Assembly (NCBI GenBank): GCA_023145615.1
Contig: JAGLDK010000008.1
Location: 9,837-73,836 of the forward strand
Direction: 5' to 3'
DNA from: Ichthyobacteriaceae bacterium
Lineage (GTDB): Bacteria > Bacteroidota > Bacteroidia > Flavobacteriales > JADGDT01
Length of the DNA: 64,000 nt
Positions 61,777 to 64,000 of the stretch are shown here, piece by piece; within the stretch, counting starts at the first letter, position 1; each line of letters begins with the position of its first letter. The notes under the pieces are model-generated. The model worked only from the letters and a program-made list of their open reading frames with translations. It ran no database searches and had not been told where the DNA came from. Made by a program: the position numbers and the translations under genes.

Positions 61777-62466
61777 CTACTTTCCTAATGCAAAAACTAA
61801 TCCTCCAGCTATATAACCTTGTACATAAGCCGATCCAGAATTAAGTCCTATTCCTGAAGATCCTCCAGTTCCTATATTAAAGTACATACCTCCAAAACTA
61901 ATTGGAGCTAACATACGAGCTTCTATTTTTATACCAACTTTATCGCTTATATAATGTTTAAATCCTGCACCTAATGTAACTGCAAACTCCCATACATCTT
62001 CGTACGATTGAAGTCGTGTGTTTTCTGGGCTAATTTGAGATGCTCCTAATGAGGTAACTATATAAGGAATGTTTTTTCCATGAGGCATTTCCTTTACAAA
62101 ACCAACTTGATAATAATTTACATTTGTATTTATGTAATCATTACCAGTAAAGAAACCTTTATACCCAATTGCAGTATTTTGTCCGTGCCACGATAATTCT
62201 ACTCTAGAATGCCACGACATCGGAAAACTTAAACTCAGGTTCCATGCTTCAGTATTATCAATATCAAAATTTCCTTTTCGTCCACCAAACATAAAACCAT
62301 ACATTGCTCCAATTTCGGTACTTCTCGATGGAGTTACTTGACGGTTTGAAGTTTGATATTGTTGCTGAGAATTGGTAGCAACACTTTGTTTACGGATAGG
62401 TTGAGCAAATAATGCCACACTTAATAACATCATTAACCCCAATAAAAGAGAGTTTTTTTTAGCCAT
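61777..62466 (-). CDS. Outer-membrane beta-barrel protein
   Basis: Signal peptide, Q/S/T-rich linker, alternating beta-strand pattern (PY....LG, LGAG.K.Y) and terminal GLVFALGK. Confidence 0.72.
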   Translation of the reverse strand: MAKKNSLLLGLMMLLSVALFAQPIRKQSVATNSQQQYQTSNRQVTPSRSTEIGAMYGFMFGGRKGNFDIDNTEAWNLSLSFPMSWHSRVELSWHGQNTAIGYKGFFTGNDYINTNVNYYQVGFVKEMPHGKNIPYIVTSLGASQISPENTRLQSYEDVWEFAVTLGAGFKHYISDKVGIKIEARMLAPISFGGMYFNIGTGGSSGIGLNSGSAYVQGYIAGGLVFALGK

Positions 62467-62722
62467 CTTATTACAATTTTAAGTTAAAAGTTTGCATCAA
62501 AAAATATCAATATTTTTTTAATATCAATATCACAATTCAAATAGCCATATAAAATGTAGTATGCATTTATAATACTATAATTACTTGAAAATATCAATGC
62601 AATGAAAATCAAAACTTTAAGGTAGCTTTATAATTAAATAAGCAAGTACTCTATCATACATTCGGAATGTATATTCGATAAAACGCAAATAATAAGTATG
62701 TAAATACATAATTATTCAACAT

Positions 62723-62771
62723 AAAAAAATGCACTTAAACAGTTTGATATAAACTATTTAAGTGCATTTTT
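62723..62771 (-). terminator. Intrinsic terminator
   Basis: AAAAATGCACTTAAA...TTTAAGTGCATTTTT with a longer imperfect stem. Confidence 0.82.
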
Positions 62772-62798
62772 AAAATAATATATTCTTATTTAAAAGCT

Positions 62799-64000
62799 TT
62801 ATAACAACTGAACAAGTGCTTCGGCACATCGTTCTCCATCAACTGCCGCCGATACAATTCCTCCTGCATATCCTGCACCTTCTCCCGAAGGGAAAAGTCC
62901 TTTTATTTGTGGGTGTTCTAAAGTTTCTTTATCTCTTGGAATACGTACAGGCGATGAAGTTCGAGATTCAACACCAATTACCTGAGCTTCGTTTGTAATA
63001 AAGCCATGCATTTTTTTTCCGAAATCTTTAAATCCATTTTGCAACTGCTTACCAATTACAGAAGGTAACATTTCGTGCATTGGTACCGATGTTAACCCTG
63101 GTACGTACGATGTTGGCCCTAAATTATTAGAAACCTTACCCTTTATAAAATCAACCATACGCTGTGCTGGTGCGGCTTGTGTTTTTCCTCCGGCAATAAA
63201 AGCAGCATTTTCTAACGCTTTTTGATAATACATTCCTGCCAAAGGACCGTACTTATTATATTCTTTATAATCTTCGGGGTTTAATGAAACTACCATTCCT
63301 GAATTTGCAAACTCATTACTACGTGTAGATGGCGACATTCCGTTTACCACAACTTCGTCGGGTGCAGTTGCCGATGGAACAATAAACCCACCCGGACACA
63401 TACAAAACGAATACACTCCTCGGTTGTTCGATTGTGTAACAAGCTTATATGCTGCGGCAGGTAAATCAGGTCCTCGTAAATCGCAATGATACTGAATACT
63501 ATCAATTAACTCTTGCGGATGCTCTAAACGAACGCCCATTGCAAACGATTTCGATTCAATATAAATTTCTTTGCGGTGCAAAAGTTCGTAAATATCTCGT
63601 GCCGAATGCCCTGTAGCAAGTATAACCCCTTCTCCATCAAAAGTATTACCATCAACGGTTTTTACCCCTGTTATTTTATTACCTTCAATAATAAAATCGT
63701 TTACTTTTTTATCAAATAAATACTCTCCACCAGCATTAATAATACTTTCTCTAATTGCCTCAACAATATGCGGTAATTTATTTGTACCAATATGAGGCTG
63801 AGAATTTACAGCAATATCTTCAACAGCTCCATGAGCTATTAAAATATTTAAAATTCTTTTTACGTTACCTCGTTTTTTAGATCGGGTGTATAATTTTCCA
63901 TCAGAATAAGTACCAGCACCACCTTCTCCAAAGCAATAGTTCGATTCGGGGTTAACAATATTATCCAGATTAATTTTCTTTAAATCCTTACGTCTCGATT
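62799..64000 (-). CDS. NAD(P)/FAD-dependent oxidoreductase (uncharacterised FAD-dependent dehydrogenase family); 5' end lies outside the window
   Basis: The frame continues upstream of the track's 63581 start (ESNYCFGEGGAGTYSDGKL, LATGHSAR); downstream motifs YSFCMCPGG, ESRTSSP and GEGAGYAGGI. Confidence 0.9.
   Translation of the reverse strand, partial: SRRKDLKKINLDNIVNPESNYCFGEGGAGTYSDGKLYTRSKKRGNVKRILNILIAHGAVEDIAVNSQPHIGTNKLPHIVEAIRESIINAGGEYLFDKKVNDFIIEGNKITGVKTVDGNTFDGEGVILATGHSARDIYELLHRKEIYIESKSFAMGVRLEHPQELIDSIQYHCDLRGPDLPAAAYKLVTQSNNRGVYSFCMCPGGFIVPSATAPDEVVVNGMSPSTRSNEFANSGMVVSLNPEDYKEYNKYGPLAGMYYQKALENAAFIAGGKTQAAPAQRMVDFIKGKVSNNLGPTSYVPGLTSVPMHEMLPSVIGKQLQNGFKDFGKKMHGFITNEAQVIGVESRTSSPVRIPRDKETLEHPQIKGLFPSGEGAGYAGGIVSAAVDGERCAEALVQLL

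Noticed and set aside
1..64000. CRISPR arrays, tRNA/rRNA genes, IS elements, prophage or defence genes
   Set aside because: No regularly spaced repeats, cloverleaf or rRNA-like segments, or transposase, integrase or nuclease ORFs were recognised by eye.

Overview
AT-rich Bacteroidota (Flavobacteriia-like) chromosomal window. The taxon call rests on TAnnTTTG -7 promoter boxes, CarboxypepD_reg-type TonB-dependent receptors and a Flavobacteria-like gene set. Left third: fadN (partial), a MarR regulator, an Oar-like TonB-dependent receptor split by a frameshift at an (AAAC)4 tract, DUF4290, mtaB, lnt, a second TonB-dependent receptor, rpsA, aqpZ and mgsA. Centre (16887-46073, all minus strand): a ~29 kb Wzx/Wzy surface-polysaccharide locus with unusual modification chemistry. 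It carries a GpsA-TagD fusion; a GNAT + class V aminotransferase + second cytidylyltransferase + TagF-like block (candidate CDP-aminoalditol pathway); two ATP-grasp/sugar-aminotransferase pairs; an ArnBCT/GtrB-like undecaprenyl-phosphate branch; a WeeE/WeeF-like module; and a recombination scar. Right third: ndk, thiolase, a 54-aa ORF missing from the track, a LytTR regulator, EamA, DcaP porin, four glycosyltransferases, rhomboid, TrmH, TIGR02757, a BtuF-like protein, galE, a beta-barrel protein and a partial FAD oxidoreductase. The long intergenic regions share degenerate dispersed repeats and a recurring 23-bp palindrome. I saw no rRNA, tRNA, CRISPR array or transposase. Product calls come from motif and family recognition by eye, not from database searches.
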